From positions 21,710 to 85,709 of the forward strand of contig JALSKD010000016.1 in the NCBI GenBank assembly GCA_026989015.1: a DNA stretch of 64,000 nucleotides, written 5' to 3'. The notes beneath the pieces were generated by a model. That model did not search any database. It was not told the DNA's origin and was given only the letters and a program-made list of their open reading frames with translations. Below are positions 16,709 to 28,283 of the stretch, in pieces (the stretch's first letter is position 1; each line of letters opens with the position of its first letter). The translations under genes were made by a program, and so were the position numbers. This DNA comes from Gammaproteobacteria bacterium. Lineage in GTDB: Bacteria; Pseudomonadota; Gammaproteobacteria; GCA-001735895.

Positions 16709-17848
16709 ATGGCGCGTTACTGGCGGCTCTCTCAGTTCTATTTCTTCTATTTCGCCAGCCTCGGGGCGCTGGTGCCGTTCTGGAGTGTCTATCTGAAAAG
16801 CCTCGGTTTTTCCGCGCTGCAGATCGGTCAGTTGATGTCCACCCTGGCGCTGACCAAGATCGTGGCGCCCTATCTGTGGGGCTGGATCGCCGACCGCACC
16901 GGCTACCATATCCGCATCGTGCAGCTCACTTCGCTGCTGGCCCTGCTCTGTTTTCTGCCGTTGCTGTGGTACGACCGCTACGGGATGGTGCTGCTGTCGA
17001 TGCTGGCCTTCAGCTTTTTCTGGAACGCGGCCCTGCCGCAGTTCGAGGTGGTGACCCTGGCCGGGCTCGGTCCGCACAAGCACCGTTACAGCCGTATCCG
17101 CCTGTGGGGGTCGCTGGGCTTCATCGTCACCGTCAGCCTGCTGGGGGTGGTGTTGCAGCGCATCGGCATCGATGCGCTGCCCTGGGTGCTGCTGGGCCTG
17201 TTCGCGGCCATCTGGCTGTCCAGCCTGCCGGTGCAGGAGCAGCGTCACCGTGCCGGAGATGGCGGGCATATTCTTGATGTGCTGCGCCAGCCGGCGGTGG
17301 TGGCGCTGCTGCTCTCCTGCTTTCTGATGCAGGCCAGCCACGGCCCCTATTACACCTTCTACAGCCTCTACATGGAGGGCTTCGGCTACGGCCGCGGTCA
17401 GGTCGGTCTGCTGTGGGCGCTGGGGGTGTTCGCCGAGGTGCTGCTGTTCTGGTACATGCACCGGCTGTTTGCCTGGCGGCCGGCGCGGTTCTGGCTGAGT
17501 CTGTCGCTGGTGCTGGCGACACTGCGCTGGACGCTGATGGCGCTGTTTCCGGATGTATTGCCGTTGGTGTTGCTGGCGCAGACGCTGCACGCGGCAAGCT
17601 TCGGCATGTTCCATGCCAGCGCCATCCACCTGATCGACGACTTTTTTCCCCGCCACCGGGGCCGCGGCCAGGCCCTGTATGCGGCGGTCAGTTTCGGTGC
17701 CGGTGGCGCGGTGGGCAGTCTCTATGCGGGTACGCTGTGGGATGCGGTGTCGCCGATGACGACCTTTCTAGGCGCGGCGCTGGCCGCGCTGCTGGGTTTT
17801 GCCGTGTCGCTGCGCCTGCGGGAGCCGCCGGCGCACGCGGGGGCATGA
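16709..17848 (+). CDS. MFS transporter (MFS_1_like / HcaT-type)
   Basis: 12-TM profile; MARYWRLSQFYFFYFASLGALVPFWSVYLK.... Confidence 0.7.
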   Translation: MARYWRLSQFYFFYFASLGALVPFWSVYLKSLGFSALQIGQLMSTLALTKIVAPYLWGWIADRTGYHIRIVQLTSLLALLCFLPLLWYDRYGMVLLSMLAFSFFWNAALPQFEVVTLAGLGPHKHRYSRIRLWGSLGFIVTVSLLGVVLQRIGIDALPWVLLGLFAAIWLSSLPVQEQRHRAGDGGHILDVLRQPAVVALLLSCFLMQASHGPYYTFYSLYMEGFGYGRGQVGLLWALGVFAEVLLFWYMHRLFAWRPARFWLSLSLVLATLRWTLMALFPDVLPLVLLAQTLHAASFGMFHASAIHLIDDFFPRHRGRGQALYAAVSFGAGGAVGSLYAGTLWDAVSPMTTFLGAALAALLGFAVSLRLREPPAHAGA

Positions 17849-17855
17849 TCCAGGG

Positions 17856-18236
17856 CTATTTGCGGTTGAAGCTCTGACTCATCAGCAGCGTACCGTCGTC
17901 GTCCAGGGTGTTGACGACCCAGGTGCCGGTCCACTCCGGGCGCAGGTTCTTGCTCGACCAGACGCGCCAGCGGGGTCCGCCGATGGAAAAGGTCTTTTCG
18001 AACATCACGCTGTCGTCGTACATCCACTGATGGGTGATTTGGTGGCCGGTCAGGTCGCGCAACTCGGTGAAATAGGTGATCCGGTCCTGCTCCGGTCCGA
18101 CCTCGATGACTTCATCCACCGGTTCGCGGTCGACGACAGCCGTGGTGAACTGGCCGCGTTCGACGCCTGCGGCCTGGACCAGACCGGCAAACAGCAGGCT
18201 GACGAGCAGCAGGAAGATCGGCTGGATGGCTTTCAT
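17856..18236 (-). CDS. Secreted hypothetical protein
   Basis: Signal peptide MKAIQPIFLLLVSLLFAGLVQA; ORF-track translation. Confidence 0.45.
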   Translation of the reverse strand: MKAIQPIFLLLVSLLFAGLVQAAGVERGQFTTAVVDREPVDEVIEVGPEQDRITYFTELRDLTGHQITHQWMYDDSVMFEKTFSIGGPRWRVWSSKNLRPEWTGTWVVNTLDDDGTLLMSQSFNRK

Positions 18237-18283
18237 GGTTCTGTCCCTGTGCGGTTGGCTCGAATGTTGACTCTAGCCAAAAA

Positions 18284-19168
18284 TCAGTCGGCGTGCCAGT
18301 CGGAAACGGCCCGCAGTTCCCCGATCATCGCCTCCACGGCCCGCGAAGCACTGTGTTGCCGGTGGCGGACCACGCCGAGGCAGCGTCGTGCGTCGAAGCC
18401 TTCGAGGGGCAGGGCGGCAAGGCTGTCGTCGATCATGCTGCGCGGCAGGATGCTCCATCCCAGGCCCACCGATACCATCATCTTGATGGTTTCCAGGTAA
18501 TTGGTTTCCAGGTCGATGATCAGCCGTTCGCGCACCGGTTGCAGCGCCTGTTCGATGGCCTCGCGGGTGAAGGTGCCGTGGGCGGGCAATACCGCCGGAT
18601 GGTCGGTCAGGTCGTCCAGATCCAGCCGCGACCGGCGGCACAGCGGGTGTTCTGGCGCTGACACCGGTTGCAGCGGGTCGTCCCATACCGGCAGGTAGTC
18701 GAGCCGGTCGTGCTGGCGAAACGGCAGGGTGACCACCGCCAGTTCAAGCTCGCCCTGTTCGACCCGGCCGCAGGCCAGTTCCGAATCCATGAAATGCAGG
18801 TCCAGCGTGACTTCCGGATAGTGTTCGCGGAAACGGCGCAGCACCGGTGGCAGGCGATGCAGTCCGATATGGTGGCTGGTGGCCATGCTCAGGCGGCCCA
18901 TGGGGCTGCCTTCCAGTTCCGCAATGTGCTGTTTCAGCGCGTCCAGTTCCTTGAGGATCTGCCGTGCCCGCGGCAGCAATGCCTGACCGCTCTGGGTTAG
19001 GTGCATGTGCCGGCCGCGGCGGTCGATCAATCGGCTGCCGAGGGATTCTTCCAGTTGGCGCAGGCGCTTGCTCACCGCCGGCTGGGTGACAAACAGCCGC
19101 TCGGCGGCGAGAGAGAAGGAGCCGCAGTCGGCCACGGCGACGAAGGCCTGGAGATTGGCAGTATCCAT
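18284..19168 (-). CDS. LysR-family transcriptional regulator (divergent from leuC)
   Basis: N-terminal HTH ...FVAVADCGSFSLAAERLFVTQPAVSKRLRQLEE.... Confidence 0.85.
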   Translation of the reverse strand: MDTANLQAFVAVADCGSFSLAAERLFVTQPAVSKRLRQLEESLGSRLIDRRGRHMHLTQSGQALLPRARQILKELDALKQHIAELEGSPMGRLSMATSHHIGLHRLPPVLRRFREHYPEVTLDLHFMDSELACGRVEQGELELAVVTLPFRQHDRLDYLPVWDDPLQPVSAPEHPLCRRSRLDLDDLTDHPAVLPAHGTFTREAIEQALQPVRERLIIDLETNYLETIKMMVSVGLGWSILPRSMIDDSLAALPLEGFDARRCLGVVRHRQHSASRAVEAMIGELRAVSDWHAD

Positions 19169-19267
19169 GATTCCATAAGTTTATCATAAACATGAAAAAT
19201 ATGAATTAGAGTTATCATAGGCCTTCCGCTAGACTCTCCCGCACACTACCGAACGAGCGAACCCCAA

Positions 19268-20671
19268 ATGGCAGGCAAGACACTCTACGACAAGATCTGG
19301 GATGACCATGTGGTGCGCAGCGAGCCGGACGGCACCGCGCTGATCTATATCGACCGCCACCTGGTGCACGAAGTGACCTCGCCGCAGGCCTTCGAAGGTC
19401 TGGAACTGGCCCACCGCCCGGTCTGGCGCAAGGAGTCCATACTCGCGGTACCCGACCACAATGTGCCGACCACCGACCGCGCCGCCGGCATCACCGATCC
19501 GGTCGCGCGTCTTCAGGTCGAGACGCTGGACCGCAACTGCGCGCGCTTCGGTCTGCTCGAATTCCCGATGAACGACCGCCGCCAGGGTATCGTCCATGTG
19601 ATCGGTCCGGAGCAGGGCGCGACCCTGCCCGGCATGACCGTGGTCTGCGGCGATTCCCACACCTCCACCCATGGCGCCTTTGCGGCGCTGGCCTTCGGCA
19701 TCGGTACCTCCGAGGTGGAGCATGTGATGGCCACCGGTTGTCTGATCCAGAAGAAATCGAAGAACCTGCGCATCACCGTCGCGGGCCGGGTCGGGCCGGG
19801 CGTCACCGCCAAGGACATCGTGCTCGCCATCATCGGCGAGATCGGCACCGCCGGCGGCACCGGCTACGCCATCGAGTTTGCCGGCGAGGCGATTCGCGAC
19901 CTGTCGATGGAAGGGCGGATGACGGTCTGCAACATGGCCATCGAGGCCGGTGCCCGTGCCGGCATGATCGCCTGCGACCAGACCACCATCGACTATGTGC
20001 GCGGCCGTCCCTTCGCCCCCGAGGGCGAGGACTGGGACAAGGCGGTGGCCTTCTGGCAGACCCTGCATTCCGACGACGACGCGGTGTTCGACCGCGAGAT
20101 CGTCATCGATGCCGCGGGCATTGAGCCACAGGTCACCTGGGGTACCTCGCCGGAGATGGTGGCACCGGTGGGGGCGCGGGTGCCGGACCCGGACGCCGAG
20201 GCCGACCCGGTGCGCGCCGACAGCATGCGCAAGGCGCTGGAGTATATGGGCCTGCACGCCAACCAGCCGATCGAATCCATCGCGGTGGACCGGGTATTCA
20301 TCGGTTCCTGCACCAATTCGCGCATCGAGGACCTGCGTGCCGCCGCCGAGGTGGCCCGCGGGCGCAAGGTGGCGGATAATGTCCGCCAGGCGATGGTGGT
20401 GCCGGGCAGCGGACTGGTCAAGGCCCAGGCCGAGGCGGAAGGGCTGGACCGCATCTTCATCGAGGCCGGATTCGAATGGCGCGAACCCGGTTGCTCGATG
20501 TGTCTGGCGATGAATGCCGACCGGCTGGAGCCGGGTGAGCGCTGCGCCTCCACCTCCAATCGCAATTTCGAAGGCCGTCAGGGCCAGGGCGGGCGCACCC
20601 ATCTGGTGTCGCCGGCGATGGCTGCGGCGGCCGCCGTGACCGGACATTTCACCGACGCCCGTTCGCTCTGA
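19268..20671 (+). CDS. leuC: 3-isopropylmalate dehydratase large subunit
   Basis: Aconitase-family motifs; [16 protein letters not shown].... Confidence 0.95.
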   Translation: MAGKTLYDKIWDDHVVRSEPDGTALIYIDRHLVHEVTSPQAFEGLELAHRPVWRKESILAVPDHNVPTTDRAAGITDPVARLQVETLDRNCARFGLLEFPMNDRRQGIVHVIGPEQGATLPGMTVVCGDSHTSTHGAFAALAFGIGTSEVEHVMATGCLIQKKSKNLRITVAGRVGPGVTAKDIVLAIIGEIGTAGGTGYAIEFAGEAIRDLSMEGRMTVCNMAIEAGARAGMIACDQTTIDYVRGRPFAPEGEDWDKAVAFWQTLHSDDDAVFDREIVIDAAGIEPQVTWGTSPEMVAPVGARVPDPDAEADPVRADSMRKALEYMGLHANQPIESIAVDRVFIGSCTNSRIEDLRAAAEVARGRKVADNVRQAMVVPGSGLVKAQAEAEGLDRIFIEAGFEWREPGCSMCLAMNADRLEPGERCASTSNRNFEGRQGQGGRTHLVSPAMAAAAAVTGHFTDARSL

Positions 20672-20691
20672 CCCCAACCGAGGAACCCGTG

Positions 20692-20832
20692 ATGAAAAAG
20701 ACCCTGGCAATGATCCTGACCCTGACCTTTCTGCTCGCCCTGGGCGGCTGCGAAACCATCAAGGGCCTGGGCAAGGACATCGAGAAGGCCGGCGAGGCCA
20801 TCAGCAAGAAGGCCGACGAGGCCGAAAAATAA
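20692..20832 (+). CDS. Entericidin EcnA/B-family small lipoprotein (46 aa)
   Basis: Not in the ORF track (<60 aa). MKKTLAMILTLTFLLALGGCETIKGLGKDIEKAGEAISKKADEAEK; sits between leuC and leuD. Confidence 0.55.
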   Translation: MKKTLAMILTLTFLLALGGCETIKGLGKDIEKAGEAISKKADEAEK

Positions 20833-20850
20833 CCCGAAAAGGCACACTCC

Positions 20851-21501
20851 GTGGAAAAGTTCACCCCCTTTGCCGGCATCGTGGCGCCGCTGGATCGCGC
20901 CAATGTGGACACCGATGCAATCATCCCCAAGCAGTACCTGAAGTCGATCAAACGCAGCGGCTTCGGCCCCAACCTGTTCGACGACTGGCGCTACCTCGAT
21001 CCGGGCGGTCCCGAAATCGACAACGCCTCGCGGCGGCCGAACCCCGACTTCGTACTCAACCGCCCGCCCCGTGACCGTGCCGAGATTCTGCTGGCGCGGG
21101 AGAACTTCGGCTGCGGTTCGTCGCGCGAACACGCGGTCTGGGCGCTGACCGATTTCGGCATCCGCGCGGTGATCGCGCCCAGCTTCGCCGACATCTTCTA
21201 CAACAACAGCTTCAAGAACGGCCTGCTGCCGATCGTGCTCGACGCGGCGACGGTCGACCGCCTGTTCACCGAGGCCGCCGCCGGGGAGGACTACCGCCTG
21301 GCCGTCGATCTGGAACGGCAGCAGGTGACGACGCCCGCCGGCGAGACGCTGGCCTTCGAAGTGGATGCGTTCCGCAAGTACTGTCTGCTCAACGGGCTCG
21401 ATGACATCGGGCTCACGCTGCAGCACGCGGACGAGATCCGTGCCTTCGAGCAGCGGTACTATGCAACACACCCCTGGCTGAAATCCCGGCCGGCGGTCTG
21501 A
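20851..21501 (+). CDS. leuD: 3-isopropylmalate dehydratase small subunit
   Basis: Translation homology. Confidence 0.95.
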   Translation: MEKFTPFAGIVAPLDRANVDTDAIIPKQYLKSIKRSGFGPNLFDDWRYLDPGGPEIDNASRRPNPDFVLNRPPRDRAEILLARENFGCGSSREHAVWALTDFGIRAVIAPSFADIFYNNSFKNGLLPIVLDAATVDRLFTEAAAGEDYRLAVDLERQQVTTPAGETLAFEVDAFRKYCLLNGLDDIGLTLQHADEIRAFEQRYYATHPWLKSRPAV

Positions 21502-21526
21502 TTTTTCGACCTACCGAGACATTACG

Positions 21527-22609
21527 ATGACCAAGATTGCCATACTGCCCGGTGACGGTATCGGGCCCGAGATCGTCGCCGAGGCGGTCAAGGTGCTGGA
21601 CTGCCTGCGCGATGAATACGGGTTCGCCGCCGAACTGGAAAGCGCACCGGTCGGCGGCGCCGGCTACGATGCCGCGGGCCAGCCGCTGCCCGATGCCACG
21701 CTGACCCTGTGCCGCGAAGCGGATGCGGTGCTGCTGGGCGCCGTCGGTGGCCCGCAATACGACGCTCTGCCGCGTGAACTGCGACCGGAACGCGGTCTGC
21801 TGGGTCTGCGCTCGGCGCTGCAGCTGTTCTCCAACCTGCGACCCGCGGTCCTCTATCCGCAGCTCGCCGGCGCTTCCAGCCTCAAGCCGGAGATCGTGGC
21901 GGGCCTCGACCTGATGATCGTGCGCGAGCTGACCGGCGGCATCTATTTCGGTCAGCCGCGCGGCATCCGCGAGCGGGAAAACGGCGAGCGCGAGGGCTAC
22001 AACACGCTGGTCTATGCCGAGCACGAGATCGAACGCATCGCGCGCAGCGCCTTCGATGTGGCGATGAAGCGCAACAAGCGTCTGTGCTCGGTGGACAAGG
22101 CCAATGTGCTCGAAGTCTCCGAACTGTGGCGAGAAGTGATGATCCGCGTCAGTGCCGATTATCCCGAGGTGGAACTGACCCACATGTATGTGGACAATGC
22201 CTCGATGCAGCTGGTCAAGTGGCCCAAACAGTTCGATGTGATGGTCACCAAGAACATGTTCGGGGACATTCTTTCCGATACCGCGGCAATGCTGACCGGT
22301 TCCATCGGCATGCTGCCGTCGGCCTCGCTGGACGCCAGCGGCAAGGGCATGTACGAACCGATCCATGGATCGGCGCCGGACATCGCCGGGCAGAACCGGG
22401 CCAATCCGCTGGCCACCATCCTCTCGGTGGCGATGATGCTGCGTTACAGCCTGGGCCGTCCCGATCTGGCCGAGCGCATCGAACTGGCGGTCAGCGCGGT
22501 GCTCGATCAGGGCCTGCGCACCGATGACATCGCCGACGGCGGCAGCAGTGTCAGCACCGCCGATATGGGCGACGCCGTGGTACAGGCCCTGCGCAACCAG
22601 GAGCATTGA
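21527..22609 (+). CDS. leuB: 3-isopropylmalate dehydrogenase
   Basis: [17 protein letters not shown].... Confidence 0.95.
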   Translation: MTKIAILPGDGIGPEIVAEAVKVLDCLRDEYGFAAELESAPVGGAGYDAAGQPLPDATLTLCREADAVLLGAVGGPQYDALPRELRPERGLLGLRSALQLFSNLRPAVLYPQLAGASSLKPEIVAGLDLMIVRELTGGIYFGQPRGIRERENGEREGYNTLVYAEHEIERIARSAFDVAMKRNKRLCSVDKANVLEVSELWREVMIRVSADYPEVELTHMYVDNASMQLVKWPKQFDVMVTKNMFGDILSDTAAMLTGSIGMLPSASLDASGKGMYEPIHGSAPDIAGQNRANPLATILSVAMMLRYSLGRPDLAERIELAVSAVLDQGLRTDDIADGGSSVSTADMGDAVVQALRNQEH

Positions 22610-22611
22610 TC

Positions 22612-23736
22612 ATGAACAGAGTAGGATTCATCGGCTGGCGCGGCATGGTCGGTTCGGTGCTGATGCAGCGCATGCGCGAAGAGAACGATTTCTCCCGCAT
22701 CGACGAGCCGGTTTTCTTCACCACCTCTCAGGTCGGTCAGACCGGCCCCGACATCGGCAAGGACATTCCGCCGCTGCAGGACGCCAACGATATCGATGCG
22801 CTCATGCGCATGGACGCCATCGTCACCTGTCAGGGCGGTGACTACACCCGCCAGGTCTATCAGCCGCTGCGCGACGCCGGCTGGCAGGGCTACTGGATCG
22901 ACGCCGCCTCCAGCCTGCGCATGGCGGATCACACGGTCATCGTGCTCGATCCGGTCAACCGCGCCGTCATCGACCGTGCGCTGGATGCCGGCGGCAAGGA
23001 CTATATCGGCGGCAACTGCACCGTCAGCCTGATGATGATGGCCCTCGGCGGGCTGTTGCAGAACGACCATGTGGAATGGATCAGCGCAATGACCTACCAA
23101 GCCGCCTCCGGCGCCGGGGCGCGCAACATGCGCGAACTGATCGCGCAGATGGGCAGCATCCATGATGCGGTGGCCGACCGCCTCGGCGACCCGGCGGCCT
23201 CGATCCTCGAGATCGACCGGCGCGTCATCGAGCGCATGCGCAGCGACGCCTTCCCCACCGACCAGTTCGGCGTGCCGCTGGCCGGCAGCCTGATCCCGTG
23301 GATCGATGTGCCGATGCCCAACGGGCAGAGCAAGGAGGAGTGGAAGGGGGGCGTCGAAACCAACAAGATCCTTGGCCGTGGCGACGACCTGATCCCCATC
23401 GACGGACTCTGTGTGCGCATCGGCGCCATGCGTTCCCATTCGCAGGCACTCACCGTCAAGCTGCGCCGGCCGCTGCCGATGGACGAGATCCACGAGCTGC
23501 TGGCCTCCGCTAACGACTGGGTGAAGGTGTTGCCCAATGACCGTGACATCACCGCCCGTGAACTGACACCGGCGGCGGTCACCGGCACCCTCGATGTACC
23601 GGTCGGCCGTCTGCGCAAGATGGCCATGGGCGACGACTACCTGGCCGCCTTCACCGTCGGCGATCAGTTGCTGTGGGGTGCTGCCGAACCGTTGCGCCGC
23701 ATGCTCGGCATCCTGCTCGAGCGCAACGGGCGATGA
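22612..23736 (+). CDS. asd: Aspartate-semialdehyde dehydrogenase
   Basis: [21 protein letters not shown]...; ATG at 22612. The track start at 22606 is TTG. Confidence 0.9.
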   Translation: MNRVGFIGWRGMVGSVLMQRMREENDFSRIDEPVFFTTSQVGQTGPDIGKDIPPLQDANDIDALMRMDAIVTCQGGDYTRQVYQPLRDAGWQGYWIDAASSLRMADHTVIVLDPVNRAVIDRALDAGGKDYIGGNCTVSLMMMALGGLLQNDHVEWISAMTYQAASGAGARNMRELIAQMGSIHDAVADRLGDPAASILEIDRRVIERMRSDAFPTDQFGVPLAGSLIPWIDVPMPNGQSKEEWKGGVETNKILGRGDDLIPIDGLCVRIGAMRSHSQALTVKLRRPLPMDEIHELLASANDWVKVLPNDRDITARELTPAAVTGTLDVPVGRLRKMAMGDDYLAAFTVGDQLLWGAAEPLRRMLGILLERNGR

Positions 23737-24665
23737 GCGCGCGCCTGGCAATCACCCATGCCGGCGGGCCTCTGGCCGAGGCCCTGCTCGAGCAACTGCA
23801 GGAATCCGGCGTCGCGCCGGATTCGCTCGTTCTGCTCGATCGGGAAGAGCGGATCGGCAACCGCATCGCCTATGGCGACAGCTACCTCAGCCTGGAAGAC
23901 CAGCAGGCTTTTGATTTCGAAGACCTGAGCGGCGTGCTCTTGCTGGAGCAAGATGCCGAACTGGCCGATCTGCTGCAGCATGCCGAATGCCCGGTGATCA
24001 GCCACCTGCCACTGTCCGTCGATGCGCCGCTGTTCGTGCCCGGGAGGGAACAGGAGCTGCCCGACCGCGGTTTCATCAAGCTGCCGGCGGCGGATGTGGC
24101 CACGGTTCTGCCTGTGGTGCGGGCCTTGCACCAGGGCTTTGGGCTGACGGCCCTTCATCTGGTGTCGGTATTGTCCGCCATGCACCTCGGGCAGGCGGGT
24201 GTCGATGACCTGGCGGCGCAGACCATCGGGCTGCTCAACAGCCGCGACATCGAAGCCGGCGTGTTCCCGCAGCCACTGGCCTTCAATCTGTTGCCGCTGC
24301 CGGGCCCGGACACCGGCGAATTGCGCCGGCTGATCGGTGATGAGGCTCCGCCCCTGGGGCATCAGCAATTGCTGGCGCCCGCCTTTCACGGCCTGGCCAT
24401 CGCCGTGTCCGCGGATCTGAACAACCCGGCCGAAATTGATCAGGTATCACGGAAACTGGCCGATACAGGCTTCAGGGTCAGCGATCAGGCAGTCAGTCCG
24501 CGCAGCCATTGCCAGCAGGGCAGTGCGTGCTGGATCAGCCATCTGCAGCAGCCCGAAGGCGACCCCGCGAGGCTCCAGCTCTGGCTGGTGGCCGACTCGG
24601 TGCGCAATGGCTGGCTGGCATTTTATCGGTCGGCCGCTGAATTTTTGCTAAAATCTGTTTTGTAA
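23733..24665 (+). CDS. usg: Asd-paralog USG-1-like protein (semialdehyde dehydrogenase fold, probably non-catalytic)
   Basis: Position after asd and before fimV-truA, as in Pseudomonas. The start ATG overlaps the asd stop. Confidence 0.55.
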   Translation: MSARLAITHAGGPLAEALLEQLQESGVAPDSLVLLDREERIGNRIAYGDSYLSLEDQQAFDFEDLSGVLLLEQDAELADLLQHAECPVISHLPLSVDAPLFVPGREQELPDRGFIKLPAADVATVLPVVRALHQGFGLTALHLVSVLSAMHLGQAGVDDLAAQTIGLLNSRDIEAGVFPQPLAFNLLPLPGPDTGELRRLIGDEAPPLGHQQLLAPAFHGLAIAVSADLNNPAEIDQVSRKLADTGFRVSDQAVSPRSHCQQGSACWISHLQQPEGDPARLQLWLVADSVRNGWLAFYRSAAEFLLKSVL

Positions 24666-24785
24666 TCTATAGTTGCGATCACTTGTGAAAGTGTTTTCTT
24701 GAAACGCTTCGGTACGCTGCGGCAATCGCCGTTCGCATACCGCGCGGCAAACAATAATCCGGTGGGGAGTTTGGGAGACTACATC

Positions 24786-27700
24786 GTGCGAAAATTGGGA
24801 CTCATCATTACATTCTGGATCGGGCTGCTGGTCTTCCCGTTGAGCAGCCTGGCGCTGGGACTTGGCGAAATCGAAGTCGATTCCTACCTCAATCAACCCC
24901 TCAAGGCAAAGATACCGGTCGTCTCCGCGCGCCCCGGTGAAATCGACGATCTGCTCGTCAGCCTCGCCAGCCGGGATGCCTTCCGCAAGGCGGGGCTCGA
25001 ACGCCCGGCCGTTCTCTCCCAGCTTCGCTTCAAGGTGAGCAAGAGCGATGACGGCAGCCAGGCCAGCATCCAGGTGACCACCAAGCAACCGGTCAAGGAG
25101 CCGTTCCTCAATTTCCTGGTCGAGGCCGACTGGGCCAAGGGACGGTTGTTGCGCGAATACACCATTCTGCTCGACCCGCCCGTGTTCGCCCAGCAGCCGG
25201 CGCCCGCAGCACCGGCTCCCGCACCCTCGCCGGAGCCGGTGGCCGAACAGCCTGCCGCGCCCGCGCCGATTGCACTGAGTGAGCCCGCAGCCCAGCCGCC
25301 AGCGGCAGCCACCCAGCAGCCGGAGCCCGCAGCTGACAGCATTGCCTATGTCCCGGACAGCGCTTATCTGGCCGATGAGGGCACCCCTCAGACCGAAACC
25401 GCCACGGATCAGACCATCGTGGTCCAGAAGGGCGATACCCTGTGGGGCATTGCCTCCGGTCTCAAGGACGGCGAGCACAGCATGGCCCAGATCATGCTCG
25501 CCCTGCAGCAGGCCAACCCCGATGCCTTTGGGCAGGGCAACATCAACAACCTCAAGGTCGGTGCGGTGCTGCGTATCCCCGAGGCCGACGCATTTGGCAG
25601 CCTGAGCAAGAAGGAAGCCTATGCGCGGGTGCTCGAACAGAACGGCCTGTGGGATGAATACCTGGCCCGTGTCAGCGGCAAGACTTCCAATGCCGAACCG
25701 CAGCCGGAGATGGCCGCGGCCGATGCGGCCCCGACCGGTGAAACCGCTGAAAGCACCGAAGCCGGCGGTCAGCTCAGTCTGCTGGCACCCGGAGAGGGCG
25801 AATCGGATGCCGCCGGCATGAAGGACGACGCCACGGCGGAAAACATCGACCGCATCCGCAAGCAGCTCGCCCTGGCCGAGGAAGAACTGGAAGCGACCCG
25901 CCTCGAGAACAGCAACCTGCAGTCGCGGGTTCAGGATCTCGAGATGCAGCTGAAGAAATTCGAGGAACTGCAACAGAAACTGGTGCAGCTCGAGGATCCG
26001 GCCCTGGCCCAGCTGCAGCAGAATGCCGAGGCCACCCCTGAAAGCGCGGTGACCGCCGAGGTCGAGAAGCAGCCCGCTCCCGACACTGCGGGCACTGAGC
26101 AGGACCGCATGGCCGAGGAAATGGCCGCGGTCACCGAAGAGACGGTCGACAGCATGATGGCCGAGCCGTCCAGCGAGGAGTCCCCGGCCGAAACGATGCC
26201 GATGCAAGACGGCATGACCGATGAACAGGGCATGACCGAAGACGGCATGGCTGAAGACGGCATGGCAGCGGAAGGCTCATCCGAGGAAGCCGTGCCCGCC
26301 GGCGAAGACATGTTGCAGCAGCCGATGGAACCGGCCGCCGAGGATGGCATGATGGAAGAAATGCCTGCCACTGAAACGGGCGACGGCACGGTCGCGATGC
26401 CGGGCGAAGGCCTGTCGGGAGATCAGACCATGACGGACGAGGAAACACCGTCCGAAGAGGCCACTGACAATGCCCTGCCGCCGGCACCTGCCATCGTCAG
26501 CGAAGCGCCCCAGGGCGAAGGCGGACTGATGGACATGTTGCCGTCCATGGACAGCCTGCTGGGCGATCCGGTGATGCTGGGTGGCATCGGCGCCATACTC
26601 GCCCTGCTGCTCGGGTTGTTGTTTGTACGGCGCAAGAAATCGACCGAAGACGAGGAGACCGGTATCACCCTCGATGTGGCCGACAGCGGCGTCGATGACG
26701 ACCAGACGCCCATCCATATCCCGGAAGTCGATGAAACCGAAAAATTGACCGAATCCACGCAGATCGAGATGCCGGAGGCGGAAGAGCCCTTCACCGAGCG
26801 GACGGTCGAGGAAAGCGCTTCCGATCTCGGTGTGGAAACCGAGGAATACAGTGCCGAGGAACTGCTCGACGATGTCTCCCTCGACGACGAACCCTCCTTC
26901 GAAGAGACCGCGGTGCTCAGCGCCGACGAGATGCCCCAGGGCGATGAAAGCGAGGAGCAGGACGATGTGCTCAACGAGGTGGATGTCTATCTGGCCTACG
27001 GCCTTTATGACAATGCCGAGGACCTGCTGAAGACTTCGCTGGACGAGCACCCGACACGCGCCGATTACCGCGCCAAACTGCTCGACACCTATTATGCGAC
27101 CAAGAACCGCGACGCCTTCATCGAGGAGGCGCGCAAGCTGCACTCCCTGGGTGGCGCTGCCGATCGTTTCTGGGATCGCGTGCAGGTCATGGGACACGAA
27201 CTCGCTCCCGAGGAGGAGCTGTTCTCCGGTGCAGAGAACATCGATCCCGACGCGGTGAAGATCGAATACGAGAAACCGGAAACCGCCGACTTCGATCTGG
27301 GCGCCGATGCCGACACCACCGATTTTGCCACCGATTTCGATCTGGGCGAGGAAAGCGAGGATATCGCCGATACGCTGGTCGTGCCGGAACTGCCGGAAGA
27401 ATCCGAAAACAAGTCCGAAGAGGTGGATCTCTCGCTCGATGAGGACATGAGTCTGGATGACGACGATGCCCTCAGCTTCGAACTGCCCGACGAGCTGGAA
27501 GACAAGGCCGATGAAGCCTTCGAGCAAACGAGTGAGCTCAAGCTCGAGGAAACCGAGGAGGCCCCGATTCCGGGTCAGGTGCCGCCGATGGCCGAGGACG
27601 AGCTGAACCTGTCCCTGGATGATGACGAGACCGATCTGGCGTCTCTCGAGGCCGAACTTTCCGAAACCGCCGACGAGGAATTGCCGGACTCCCTGGATGT

Positions 27701-28211
27701 GGATCTGGAGCTCGATGAATCCGTGGAAGAAGCCATCCAGGATACCGAGCTGATGCAGACCCCGGCCGATGCGGTCGAGGGAGGCGTCGAGGAAGAAGGC
27801 ACCCGTCATGTCAAGGCGGCAGTGGATCTCGATGTTTCCGAGGAAACGGATTCGGTCAAGGATGTCGCCGAGGAAGACATTACCGAATTCCGTCCCGCCG
27901 ACATGACCGGTGAATTCGATCTGCCGGAAACCGCCGATGAAGTCGAGGGTGCCTCGGTCAATGATAAGACCGGTACCTTCGCACCGGGCGATTTCGACGA
28001 TGATGCCGAGGCCGCCGATGCCGCCGACGATATCGAGGATCTGATGCTTCCCGATGATGTCGATGAGGTGGCCACCAAGCTGGATCTGGCCAAGGCCTTC
28101 ATCGACATGGGCGATGCCGAGGGCGCGCGCAGCAGCCTGCAGGAAGTGCTCGAGGAAGGCAGTGATGATCAGAAGGCCGAAGCCACCGATCTGCTCAACC
28201 AGATCAAGTAA
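24786..28211 (+). CDS. fimV: FimV-like peptidoglycan-binding (LysM) protein with long acidic low-complexity region and C-terminal TPR/FimV domain
   Basis: LGLGEIEVDSYLNQPL N-domain; LysM (IVVQKGDTLWGIA); Glu/Asp-rich repeats; a conserved C-terminal motif. A GTG at 24786 with a GGAGA RBS is the likely start; the TTG at 24699 is an alternative. Confidence 0.75.
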   Translation: MRKLGLIITFWIGLLVFPLSSLALGLGEIEVDSYLNQPLKAKIPVVSARPGEIDDLLVSLASRDAFRKAGLERPAVLSQLRFKVSKSDDGSQASIQVTTKQPVKEPFLNFLVEADWAKGRLLREYTILLDPPVFAQQPAPAAPAPAPSPEPVAEQPAAPAPIALSEPAAQPPAAATQQPEPAADSIAYVPDSAYLADEGTPQTETATDQTIVVQKGDTLWGIASGLKDGEHSMAQIMLALQQANPDAFGQGNINNLKVGAVLRIPEADAFGSLSKKEAYARVLEQNGLWDEYLARVSGKTSNAEPQPEMAAADAAPTGETAESTEAGGQLSLLAPGEGESDAAGMKDDATAENIDRIRKQLALAEEELEATRLENSNLQSRVQDLEMQLKKFEELQQKLVQLEDPALAQLQQNAEATPESAVTAEVEKQPAPDTAGTEQDRMAEEMAAVTEETVDSMMAEPSSEESPAETMPMQDGMTDEQGMTEDGMAEDGMAAEGSSEEAVPAGEDMLQQPMEPAAEDGMMEEMPATETGDGTVAMPGEGLSGDQTMTDEETPSEEATDNALPPAPAIVSEAPQGEGGLMDMLPSMDSLLGDPVMLGGIGAILALLLGLLFVRRKKSTEDEETGITLDVADSGVDDDQTPIHIPEVDETEKLTESTQIEMPEAEEPFTERTVEESASDLGVETEEYSAEELLDDVSLDDEPSFEETAVLSADEMPQGDESEEQDDVLNEVDVYLAYGLYDNAEDLLKTSLDEHPTRADYRAKLLDTYYATKNRDAFIEEARKLHSLGGAADRFWDRVQVMGHELAPEEELFSGAENIDPDAVKIEYEKPETADFDLGADADTTDFATDFDLGEESEDIADTLVVPELPEESENKSEEVDLSLDEDMSLDDDDALSFELPDELEDKADEAFEQTSELKLEETEEAPIPGQVPPMAEDELNLSLDDDETDLASLEAELSETADEELPDSLDVDLELDESVEEAIQDTELMQTPADAVEGGVEEEGTRHVKAAVDLDVSEETDSVKDVAEEDITEFRPADMTGEFDLPETADEVEGASVNDKTGTFAPGDFDDDAEAADAADDIEDLMLPDDVDEVATKLDLAKAFIDMGDAEGARSSLQEVLEEGSDDQKAEATDLLNQIK

Positions 28212-28283
28212 CCCGGCTTCTCCCGCACCAACAAGCCTGCTGCCTTGTGCAGCAGGCTTTTTTCGTGATCCAGTGAACAGCGC

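Noticed and set aside
16388-20710. Large minus/plus alternate-frame ORFs over the MFS transporter, leuC and the Lon/ClpX region (e.g. 16388..17656, 19229..20710, 33287..35194, 35419..36945, 47318..48286, 54336..56000, 57304..58554)
   Set aside because: All are shadows of annotated genes in a 65-68% GC genome.
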